From: Podarcis tiliguerta
Taxonomy: Eukaryota
Strand: one strand, 5' to 3'
Length of the DNA: 64,000 bases
NCBI GenBank assembly: GCA_965153285.1
Contig: OZ229123.1
Below the pieces are notes generated by a model, which was not told where the DNA came from, ran no database searches, and saw only the letters and a list, made by a program, of their open reading frames with translations. Numbering within the stretch: the stretch's first letter is position 1; the number at the start of each line of letters is the position of its first letter. Shown one piece after another: positions 24,382 to 36,500 of the stretch. Position numbers and translations under genes: made by a program.

Positions 24382-24417
24382 TGTGTTTTTAAGGGCACAG
24401 GAAAACCAGCAACTCAT
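24382..24417 (-). CDS. UACA: UACA alternative first coding exon 1b (MSCWFSCALKNT)
   Basis: ATG at 24417 with an in-frame stop upstream; phase-0 GTAGGT donor; resembles the mammalian UACA alternative N-terminus MMNCWFSCTPKNR (recalled). Confidence 0.85.
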
Positions 24418-27400
24418 TCTAGAGTTCCCGAGTCCTGGCTGCCAAGAGTGAACAGCAAACCCGACATTCAGCTACAGCCAGAGTCCAAGGGGGCTGCCCA
24501 GTGCAACCTGAATTTCTGCTGCCCTTCTGCATTCATCTTGGTCCTTCTTCCCTTAGCTCGGATCCCCTGACATGCTGTCTCCGTCTTCGGGGTCTTCTTC
24601 AGACTTCATCACTCTTGAGAAGACAACTGGGCAGCTTCTAGGGACAGGGCTGTGCCAAGTGGCACCGTCCCTTCCAGCGGGCTGTGCCAACTGCTGCAGC
24701 TGCCCCCGCCTGGCACTGGAGGAGGGGGATGCCCAACACCAACGTGGCTTTTGTTTTCACTCCTCCTGCGCCGTAGCGCCAACTACTGCCTCTGCAGTTC
24801 AGACACAGTAAATATTGCCCCGCTCCAAAATATCCTGTAAACAATATGCAGACAGTCTCACACCAGTCCAGAGCTATTTTTTGATTTGCCCGGTACTTGA
24901 TAGCTGAGCGATCGAAAGAAATAGCTAATAATATATCCAGTGCATGCTCAACCGGTGAGTAATACGTGACGGCCGCTGCCGGCCAGAGAGGCAAGAATGT
25001 GCACAAACTGCTCACACCACGAGCGGGCGACATGTGCTACTGACCCAGGCGCTGCACTCCCTCTAAGAAGCAAATGCAGTATGTTGTGCCCAATTAGCTT
25101 TCAAGTGACACTTTCCAAGGGAAACTAAGCCACTGTAAAATAGGGCATGATCAGTTCTGCCAGGGACCCCTGTCATTAACCAGTACGGGCTCCCAACAGC
25201 TTAAGAGCCGATCGCGGCTTTGTAATCATATGACTGCGACCAGCAGAGAGGAATGCAAGAGTCTATTTTGACAAAAGCATCTCAGATGTTTATTTAGAAG
25301 ACACACGTGCCCCTGCTTTTCTAAAAAAAATTAAATAAATAAAAAGATCTCTCCTTTTACAAGCACGGACCCCATTCTGAAAGCCAAGGAGGTTTCAGTT
25401 TACTTTTGCTGCCAGGCTGTCTCCTTGCTGGCTAGTTGAGAAGCCCCATGGAGGTTTGTCAAACCATCAAATAGACAACACAGTGATTAACAGGGCTAGG
25501 GATGCAGTGCTCCCTTTTCTCCTTTTCAGTTTTAACAAGGAAGGCACACTCTTAAAATGCCATCTTTAGCACAGTTGGATGACACCAGCTTTGAATCTTC
25601 CAGATCAAATGGTCCAAAGGGAGCCCATGAAATATGCGGGGGGGGGGGGGGGAGCCCTCCAGACTATTAAGACAGAGGGACTGAAAATACAATTTGCTGA
25701 GGTGACCCTTCTTAGAAAGTTCTAATGGTGGCTCAGAGGTCGGTTGGTGGTCTACCAGAGGACATTTGTCCATTCAATAGGCAAATTCCAGTTCCTCCTT
25801 CCCCTACACCCCCATAAAAGACTCATGGACAACAACATTCAGCATTTTAAAATAGAAGGATCCCCTCACTCATTCCCAGTCACAAAATGCTTGCCTAAAT
25901 AAGGTCTTGCATTGATACCACTCTGGTGATGCTGAGTGGTTCAAAGCTGGGAGCAGCCATTGACAGCTTCTTTGGTTTAGCTCAGTGCTTGGGCTCAGAT
26001 AAGCTGCACCAAAGAAATAACATTCGAGAGACTGCAGCAGTACTCAGGAGATCTACCAGGTATGGGCAGGTGAGCTAACATTACTGCTCCTTTTTCCTGA
26101 GTGGGTATGTATGCATACTTGATGTCGAAAACACTTGGAGACATAGATGAATTGTTGGCCTTGGATCTGGCGATGCAAGACACAGGCGAACTGTTGGCCT
26201 CAACCAACCTCCATTCCACCCATGCAAAACTGCATTGTTGCAAAGGTTGTTGGTCATTTTCTACAATTGAACTCGCTTCCCTGGCAAGGCAGAAGTGCAT
26301 CCACTTCTCATAACGCTGGAAAGTAGAAGCTGAATTGCTTTCTGCTTCCTGCTTCCACATTAGAGTGAACTTGGAAAACGGTATATTCTAGGAAACCAGC
26401 TGTGCAACCCAGCAGCTTTTCCTCACAAAAACAACATTCCAAGAAAAATGAAACTGAAATTGTTAGCAAAATCTCATATGAACGGGACCTGCAAATCATT
26501 TTGTAAATCCACCACAATTTGGGTTTATAATGTTAAGAAAGTTCAAGGGCAAATTAAACTAGCTTCAAAGATCTTAAAAATAAGTTGTTTACCTGACTTG
26601 CCACAATTTATCTTGCTTCCTTCTGCCTACAGCAGGTGCCAAATGAATTTCACATCCAGGTTCCAATCTGGTGAAAAATATTATACTCCCAAGGAATTGG
26701 TGGGCTCTTTGCCACTTTGGTTCCGTAAACTCATTCCCACTGCCCCTGCTCCTAAATAAATACATGATTAAATATCCCTTCTGGGGTGAAATTACGTACT
26801 CACGTCTTTTCTGCTTTCTTTGAGTGGGTGGTCTGTGTGTGTGTGTGTCTGATAATGATTTTTTGTGATAGTCTCAATGTGGTCTTCATGATATTCACAT
26901 GTTTATTTTTGGAAGTTTTATGGTATTAGCTGTATTAATGACTGTGAATAACATTTAGAAATACGGAACCTCAGCTGTGCAAATGGTTGACCAAATAACC
27001 TCAAACCCGATTCCAGCTGTATGGATTTTTGAATCCTGGGCTGGTGGAAGCAAGATGCTTGGATTGAAAAATGAGGTTGAATCAGGTTCCTGTAGGCCAG
27101 AATAAAGAACACAAGGAATATTTATAGTGAGAGGAGTGAAGAAAGTCTGCAGGATAGATAAACCAGACACAGTGTAATGGGAATAAGGAGTAAAGGAATT
27201 GCTGCAGACCGAGGCAGTGATTTTTTGGGAGGTGGGGGATAAATCATAAGACATGCCTCATCCTGACCAGAATACAGTCCAAGTTGCAAGTCTCCTGCAA
27301 GTTTAAGTTCTTTAACCACTCAAGCCTGAAAAATGTGAAGGAGGTCATTAGTCTTGTTTAAAAAGGCTTTTAACTACCACGTCCAATGGAGCTTGCTCCT

Positions 27401-30115
27401 AAGACAGTTAGTTACTGAAACCACCTCACTCCTGCTGGTGGGTTTATTCTCCTTTTAATGCTTGACAAAGCATTATCTGCTGCTGTTTCTTTTCTGCCAG
27501 TTGTTTTGTTGCTTTTATTACTGTTAGACATTTTCAGCTTCTTTTTGAAGAGAGTGAGATTTAAAGATAATAATAACACAGAAAATCCTAACTACTGACA
27601 ATGCTATACATTTGTACTATATATAAGCAGTGTTAGAAACTCAGGTATACAAGCTAGGTATACCTTAAACTAAGGTCACAGTCGCCACAACGGAATGTCT
27701 ATTCACCAAGGGGTTGGATGATCCTTAGGGTCCCTTCCAATGCTACAAATTTATGATCTTAGAACATGTCATATCACCAACATAGCAGTCAACCTTTCCC
27801 TTTAAGGGAAGTTCTCTTATTCCAAACAGGATTCCTTTCAAGAAAAGGGAAAAGTTGACAGCTATGCACCAAAAGCTAACATGAAACAGATTATAAAGTT
27901 TTGCAGACACCCACAATACATCCAATGCAGCCCCTGTTGTTTAAAAGGGGTAAACCCTTCCTAACTTGTTTGGTTTTTGAGAGCCTACATATTAAAAGAC
28001 TTACAGTACCTTGCAGTAAAGGTAGAAAGAGGCGTTTGTGGTATGTAATGTACCAAGAGCACGGATTACTCCTGCAGATCAGGGTAAAATGAGACAGGAT
28101 GTTCTTAAATTACCAGCGGAAAGGGCATACAGCTGCTGTGAACACAGAGAATTGGAATCACTGGGTGCTACCAGCAATAAAGGCTATTAATAGTTTCTGC
28201 TGCTTCTAAGGAGTTTGAAGTTTTCCAGTTTCTAGATTATCCAAGCAGCGAGGATCAAGGCCACCACTAGACTGGACCCATTTCTTCTTTCATTCTGCAG
28301 AACTCAAGTTTTTGTCAAGTTCTCTTGGAGCTGGCCACAGGCTAATAAATCCTCAGCATTTGCTCTCAACTTGAGAAAAACAGCACCTGCCTTACAAGGC
28401 TTACCAACTGGACTGGTAAGGTGATCTCTCTTGCAGTTAATGACTCATGCCAAATGAGAGATGGTGGTGATCACTGAATGCCAAAAGAAAAGGGTGACAA
28501 CAGAAGTGTAACCTCCGCATACCCAATCAAGTGTAAATTTCTGGCCTGCAGTTAAGGTAATGAGAGGTCTCCCTCTCAGAAAAGCCCCAACACAGATGCA
28601 CCCCAGTCAAAAGGAGCTCCTTGGCGAGGGCTTCTGAAGTCCTCTTATAGTATTTGAAAACTGAAATCTCTTGCTCTATTCCTCTGTCACAATCATTTAT
28701 CTCTGAGCCACATACCCTGAGCACTGTTACAGCTCCAATTCCAATGAAACCTTATATAATCACAGAACTGAAGTGTTGGAAGGGACCCCAAGGGTCATCT
28801 AGCCCAACCCCCTGCAATGCAGGAATCACACAGCTAAACAATCCCTAAGTGATGGCCATTTAACCTCTGTTGAAAAACCTCAAATGAAGAAGCGTCCACC
28901 ACCTTGCGTGTTTCTACGTCACAAAAATCCGCAAAAGTAGTAAGAAGCATAATCTGCCAGCACAATTAAGTCACACTAATGTTTTGATATATTTTTATGG
29001 GATTTTGGCTTAAGTGGTGGTACTTATGCTATGCCACCACATTGTTCCAAGGATTAGACCACACTTCAGAATCAGGTTTTTGCTCACTGCATGTTATTCA
29101 AAACTCTGCAACTGGAATGTATCCTGGCACCAAGTTATTAGCCCATGCACCAGAAATTGCCTAGGGGACAATTCTAATGCTGGAAACTCTAAGTGGAACA
29201 ACTGTAAACAGGAGAATCATGGGACATTCCCCGATTATTCCAGGGATTTCTATGAAAGATACATAGTGTACTTCTTACTCTGTAATTCTCTCTTCCAGTC
29301 ACTCACTGCCCTGTGAATTCCACAACTGATTAAGCTTCTTTTAAACTGAGTTACTTTCAGAGTTCCTGTAAGAGACATCAGACTCCCACAATCCTGGGCC
29401 AAGGAGCCGATAGTCTCTACCAGGTCAGGATGATTAAACAGATAACTGATAAAAGTGGCATTCTGTGGGATCTCAAGTAACTAAAGCGACGGGTGATGCA
29501 GCCGTGTGCTAATCTCTTCAATGACCTCTTGCCCTCAAAGCCCTCTCTTTTCATCAGCTTTGCAAATTTAAGCAAAAATTCAGATTCAATTTTATTAAAC
29601 ATATTACTGTTCTGTCTTCTGATCACACCCAGGCAGCCAGTCTAACAAGACACACATTGTCCAAACACAATAAAATCCTAAATCAGGCTGAGCAACATGA
29701 CCTAGGAATGAGTGGCACATGAGTACTCAAGGGCTTACAATGAAATCTGTCAGGGAACTTATTTTCGGGGTAACATTTAATAAATCATACCCCAAATCTC
29801 CAACATATTTATTATTAAACAGAATGTACATCCTACTTGATACAATGGGAGGGGACTCAAACCTCTAAGCAGTTTACAACCAAATAAAATTAAGCATTTA
29901 AATCATCTATAAAAAAAGTTAAAAATAGGTATTAAAAATATTTAAAAGAGGCTTAAGTTCCATACTAGCTAAAATGATATTAAAACACATGTAACTTCTC
30001 TATTTCTGGAAAGGCTTGCCAAAACAAAAGAGTTTTAAGCAGGCACTGAAGGAATACAATGAAGGCACCTGTCTGATGTCAATATGCAGGGAGGAATATT
30101 ACATGGCCCCTTGCT

Positions 30116-30240
30116 GAAGCTAAGCAGGTCCGGTTCTGGTCAGTTCCTGGATGGGAGACTACTTGGGAACTGCAGGCATACTACCTTGGGTTCTAGGGTG
30201 GATGGAGGGAATAGGATATCAGCATAAGGAAATATATACA
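30116..30240 (+). mobile_element. Degenerate 5S rRNA-derived element (SINE3-like)
   Basis: GAAGCTAAGCAGGTCCGG..TGGATGGGAGACTACTTGGGAA matches the 5S internal control region. Confidence 0.6.
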
Positions 30241-30417
30241 AGGTGCAACCCGAATCAAGAATATTCAAATAATAGTGGGAATTGACTAGAACTAGCCATA
30301 CTGACAAATGCCACTGTTTGTATCAAAGATTGGGAATTCACTGAGATCCGATGGAATGCTTCCATGCATTTTGAAACCCACTATTCCCAAGGTTCTTCAT
30401 TTGGAAATTTGCTAAAT

Positions 30418-30597
30418 TGATTCATTGCATTTCCACCCCATCATCCCTCCAAGGAGCTTAAGCTTCTCTTCCTCCCCATTTTATAATCACAACAGCCCTG
30501 TGAGGAAGGTGAGGTTGCAAGACAGTGAGCTTCACGGATGAGCAGGGATTTGAACCCTTGTCCAACACACTAATCACTGCACCACACTGGTTCTCCA
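30418..30597 (-). mobile_element. Squam3-like SINE, degraded
   Basis: Antisense family motifs (ACAACAGCCCTGTGAGG, GGATTTGAACCC, CACCACACTGGTTCTC). Confidence 0.6.
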
Positions 30598-33500
30598 AAT
30601 GCACTGGCTGTACTTGTTTGTGCATGTCCCTAGCCTGCCTCACATGATGCCAGACTACACACAGAAAGAATTAGCAGCAGGGGGTCCCACACTCATGCAT
30701 TTGGTAACCATGCCTTGCCCCAACTATTCATCCTTAAGCAGCATTTGCTGCCAAAGGGGAACTCAGTATAAAGTGTGTATGTGGGCCATCAAGATCTCTC
30801 CCTCTACCCTCGTTTTTGCCACAGATGCTCATGTGAAATTAGTGGTTGTTTGTTTACACACACACCCTCCCCTTTTTGCTTCTTCCTGCCTCATGGCCCG
30901 GACTTGTAGCACGAGAACAGCAACACTAGTGATTCTCCTGCCAAGACACACAGAGGCACAGGCTTCCAACCACACAGCAGCTTTTATTTTAAAACGGGCT
31001 ACCTGCCAAAGCGAGTGCCTCTGTAGATGGCACCCCACCTTGATGACACTCTGGAAGCCATGCAGAAACACACACAGCACTCAGTCCAGACACATTTCTT
31101 TATCATAAACACAATCAGTCATGATTTCCAGTAGACCCCACCTACTGCTGGTCGTTTGCCTTTCTCATGGGGAAAACATAGGAAGCTGCCATATACTGAG
31201 TCAGACCATTGCTCCATCTAGCTCAGTTTTGTTCACACTGGCTGGCAGCAGCTCTCCAGGGTTTCAGAATGGGGTCTTTCACAGTCCTACCTGGAAAAGC
31301 TGCTGGGGAATGAACCTGGGACCTGCTACACGCAAGGCAGATGGCTCTTCCTCTATGGGTTTTCCTCTGCTATACAGTCTCTCATTACCTCATTTAACAT
31401 AATAAATAGCTTTAATACTATCAAGCGACCAGTGGGGTGCGGTCAGGGGACAAGGCTAGTTCCCTAAATATTCCCCTGGCACCTCCTTCCCAAAGCCTGG
31501 GAAGCTTCTGCCTGGCTTAGGGAGGGAGGTACGATGCTCATGTGTGCAACATCGCTCATGTGCACATTGTCGTCCCAGTCCTCCCATCCCCACAATCGTC
31601 CTTGCAAGCTGACACCTCGGGCCTTAACTGTTCCCCTACAAAAAAAATCACCGCACACCACTGCAAGCAACATATTGGATGCCAACATTGCTCACAAAAA
31701 TAAATATTTTTCTGTGGAGTGTATCTAAGAACAGATTTGCTCTTTAAGTCACAAGTCTGCATACAGTAGCAACAATTCTGAGAATTTGGGGGTAAACTGG
31801 GACAGTGGGGAAGTCATTGGCATAGCAGCAACTGGACACAGTTAGCCAAACTGCTTGGAGTCCCAATACATGGTCCTCAATATGTCAGCATCACTGACAG
31901 TTAAACAGATACTGTGATATTCCATGCTAGTTCTTTTCAGACTAGACTCTCTGAAGTTAATAACTTAGGTTAGGACCTGAATACAACCCATATAGTCCTA
32001 GACTGTGCCGCAAGTGGAGATGAGGGATGAACAATCTATACCAGCCTTCGTGAAGCTGGCTCCCTCCAGATGTTTTGTACAACAGCTGGTGGGAATTGTG
32101 GTTACAAAAGATCTGGAGGGCACCAGCTTGGCAATGCCTGAACTACACCACACCAAGGTGTTTGCAGGGCAGATAAATCCAGAATGGTTTAAGCAAATGA
32201 GTAAATCTTTACAAGTGGACACGGAAGGAGGGGTGGGGAGGAAATGGAAGGGTCACAAGCCAATTGGCCTTGAGGAAAATTTGCTTACACATCTGGAAAA
32301 ATAGGCATCAGATCCTGAGAATGAACTAAAACTCTCCCATGAAGTTTCTTCAAACTCAAGCCTGCCTCACCCAGCATAGACACGTCCCCTTGGAAAAATA
32401 TTTGGGGAACTGCTTTTTTCTTATCATTAAAGCTACATTCACCCTAACTCACGATTTAGCCAAAGGAGGAGAGCATTCCAGAAAGATTAAAACATCACAG
32501 GAAGAGACTGACCTTCCTGTTACATGTGGGAGGGACAGCCTGCTCCTTCTCAATTAGCTGGCAGCTTTCTCAGTTTAATTGCCCAGCTCATAAAGTCTGT
32601 GTTTTGCAAATGTCAGTGTCTTCACCAAAGTGGGGTGGAAGGAATAAGTCTTGTGCCACCTTAATGAATAAGGACAGTCTGCCATCAGTTATGAGATGGC
32701 TTCTCGAGGGTAGAATAAATTCCAAGCAAACACCCACAAAAGCAACAGGAGGAAGCACTTTCACACACTTCATTTCTTCCCACAAGAAAAAGGAGTTTGA
32801 AGCTTATGTTTAGTTTGGAAAGAAACAGGACCCCACTGCCACCTCCATATACAGGCACCCCCCCAATCTTACACACAGTCTGAGGGACAAACAAAATTAA
32901 ATCCAGCTGATGTTTACATGCCATCACTCACACTGGCAAGAGTGCTTTATTTCCGATTATGAAATGGAAAGACAAAATGGAAATATCCCTTTCAAAGGGA
33001 AACCAGCAGAGCTTAGCTGACAGATTTGGAGGTGCCTGTGATTTGCGCAGGCTGGAATACTAATGCAAGCAATCCGACCTAAGAGCCTCACTCAAAAGTA
33101 GGAAAGTTAAGAGAATTTCCACAGTGTGCATGTTTGTAAGAGGTCAGGACTGAAAATCATGCAAGCAAATAGGAATCGTTTTCGCTAGGGCTGTCTTTTA
33201 AACCCACAAACATTACTTAAATTGCATTATTCCCTGCATTGTTTCTGACATTTTACTTCCATTGACATGCACTGAAATTAATTGTGTACATTTCAGCCAT
33301 AGCTGGCAGCAAGATGAATAAGGTAGGTTTTAGTGGAAGCAGACCTGTAGTGGAATAGAAACAGTGCTTATTGGGCCAGTCACTGCCTCTCAGTCTAACG
33401 TACCTCACAGGGTTGTTGAGGACTTGGAGAAAGAACTATGTATGCCACCTTGAGCTCCTTGGAGGAAAAAGGTGGGCTATAAATGCAATTTATTACATTT

Positions 33501-36500
33501 ATTTTTATTATTTTTACTATTTTTATTGTTGTTGTTGTTGCAATGAATGCAGGACAGGATTGAGATGGCTGCCGCCTTACATCCCTATGCAATAGTCAGG
33601 TAAACCTGAATGTAGTGCAAGCGCAGGCCAAAGAATCACGGGCCTAAGCCTGCAGCTATCCACTGAGTGTACAAAACTGCTTTACAGGAAGTCAGGCCTG
33701 TATCATCGTCTCTGGCTAGCAGGGTTCTCAAGTAGAGGAAAGTCACTGCCAACTGTGCTACCTAAGGCAGTTTTTCACTGTGGATCAGCATTCCTTAATC
33801 TGGTGCCCTCCAGGAGCTTTGGATTACAACTCTCCAGCCAGCATGGATACGGGAGTCCTATTCCAAAACATCTGGAGGGCATCAGGCTGCCGTGATGCTG
33901 GGGGGCTGTACCTGGGACTTTCCCTATGCAAAGCAGGTTCTGCTCCACCAGTGAGCAGCACTGGCCCCTCCCCTGCTGGAAGAGCAATGACTTGACAGTG
34001 TATTCTAGAACTGTAGAACAGCAGGTTTTAGATTAACCCTCCACCCTGTAATTAATACAGGCAAGTCTTGACACATTTAACCACTAATAGCATTTCATTC
34101 AAGGCACACATTTTTCTTCTCAGAAGAAGTTGCATAAATGTCCACTCCCTATATATGAAAAACACACAAACACACATCAGTAAACAGTTCAGTAAAGTAT
34201 GCTTCTGAGCAATAGAGCATGCTGAAGTAATTCTGAAGCATGGAAACATGCCGTTGCAACACTCAGTTGAGACTCCCAAGAAGAAATCTACAACTTGGCC
34301 ATAATGATTTCGTTCATTGGCAGATCTCCTCAGTTCTTTTAAGCAAAGCTGAAAATCCAACATTCTCTTCGGCTGCAATCGCTGGATTCTGCAGAGAAGC
34401 TGCCACTGATCTGCCTTCAGTTGGGTTAAGACTCCTGAGTTTGGAACAAGGAGGGTTATGTCCACTATCACTTGTTAGTAAAGTAATAGCTGTGCAATTT
34501 GGCACAGATTATCACTGATCCAGCCAACAGCAATCAAGACCCCACACATATCCGCATAAAATCCATATTCCCTGAGCAGCACAGAGTAGGGAATGGTGGA
34601 GGAACTGGAGGAAGGGGGTGCAGTGGTCTGCATTCCACAGCTAGCTCTTTTGACCTGCAACTCCTGACTGAGTTGCACACTAGAACATGGCCCCTCTCTG
34701 AAATCCACACTCCACCAAATTCTAGGTGGTCCAAAATCCATCTTTAAAACATATGGTTTATTTCTCCTACAGGTAAAAATAGCTTGGAGCAGCTAGAAAG
34801 TGTGCAGCTGCTCCCATCTCTGATGCAAATGGGGCCACAAGTTCCCCTGGGATTGATGCAACATGGTAATGTCCCTTCCTATGAAACTGTATGGAAAGTT
34901 TCCAATTTCATAGGAAATTGGTAGTCCTCTAATGCCATCTTATTTAAAGCAGGAATCAGCATACATTTGTTTTTTTGAAAACTATTGCTATCACACTCAA
35001 GTGGCTTACGTCACAGAAGCAAAACAACAAAAAATAAACACTTTGCTGAGGTTTGTTTTAAGAAAATAAAATAAAAACCAATACCAGGTGTTACAAAGAA
35101 CAACAACAGTGTTACAAAGAGTGTGACAATTGCATGAGGTTTCTGGCCCTTGAAGTAAGCAATTCCTCCTACAACACCACCACCTTAACTGCTACTCTCT
35201 TCCAAGAACTTTTAAACCAGGATGGCAACCAAGGTGCAAACCTATGTAAACCGTTTGCAGGAAAGCTAAGGCTGTCAGCATAGCCAGTATCAGATGCTCA
35301 GCATTCTGTTTGCTCTCAAGAAAAGGGCCACCTTTCCCTTTCATCTGATCACATTAAGGGTCAGCAGAGTCTCCACAAAGCTGTTTGTTGAATGCAAAAT
35401 CTGAACAAAGGAAGGAAGCTGCCCACTGAATGTGCTGATAACCCTGTGCCCCAATTCAAACTCCACTGCCTCCACACACACACACACCTAACTGATCTGG
35501 GGAAATTTAAGAACAGAGCTGTGATCAGCATTACTATAAACTTAATAAATTACATCAAGGGTGAGTAGAAGGCAGATTTGGATCTACTGGTAGATCTCTT
35601 GGGAGACTTGCAATAGATCTACATGGGTTGCTGACTCCAATAGCAATAACAAAGGGACCTTTCCCACCCAAATTAGGCTGCCAAAATGAAGGAAGTGAAT
35701 TAGGAGCAGCATTTTGTGTGTGTGAAAGAAAGGAGCTCAAGTCTGGTACTGAAAAGAAATTTCTATGCTTGGAGCACTCTGTTCTTTTCTTCCAACCATC
35801 TTTTGCACCCAGCTCTGGTTGGGGTTGTAGCAGGCAAGTAGTAAATCTGGCAAAACAAACCTAAACTGCCCATTTCTCAGTTACATTATATTTATATCGT
35901 CATGGAGCAAGCATGCCAGCTAATGTGAAGGCTGCTTTTAAATTCAAGGAGTACAGAATGGGAATCTTTGTTTCAAAAAGAGGAGGTAATAACAGCATTC
36001 CCATAGTTACACACTGGGCCTGGCTTTCTATGACTACAAACACAAATGACCTCGGATTGCCTCAACGTTGCTAATTAATGAGTGATGCAAGCTTATGACC
36101 AGTAATTAATCCAGGCACAGCAGAAATTGCAGCATGCAATAGCCAAAGTCTGATCAATGAAATGGAAAACTCACACAGCGAGAGCCCCTCCTTGCTTCTG
36201 CTGCTGTGTAAAGGCTGTATCAGGCGGGAGGAGTCATGGGTCTCAAAAAGTACTTTTCCACAAGATACAATTCATGGGGCAAAATCCAGTTGTGATTAAA
36301 AAAAAATGCCCAGAAAGAAGATCTACATTTGGAGCAAAGTTCAGCAACTGACAGAAAGGCTAACTTCAGTGTGCAGTCAGATACTGCCAAGTCCGACTGC
36401 AATGAAGAGGCTACATTTCTCTGAGTTGCTGGCATATTCTAGGAGGAAACTGTCCTCCTCAAATTTGTCCTCTGTGTTCCTCATTTCTGGCCTAAACACA

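Noticed and set aside
24638-25033. 131-aa minus-strand ORF upstream of UACA exon 1b
   Set aside because: No recognisable homology, ends before exon 1b, and fits promoter or 5' UTR sequence; a uORF role cannot be judged without a TSS.
26804-26889. ATG...GTGAGT segment in UACA intron 1 as another first exon
   Set aside because: The donor is phase 2 from the ATG, incompatible with phase-0 exon 2, and it spans a (CA)n repeat.
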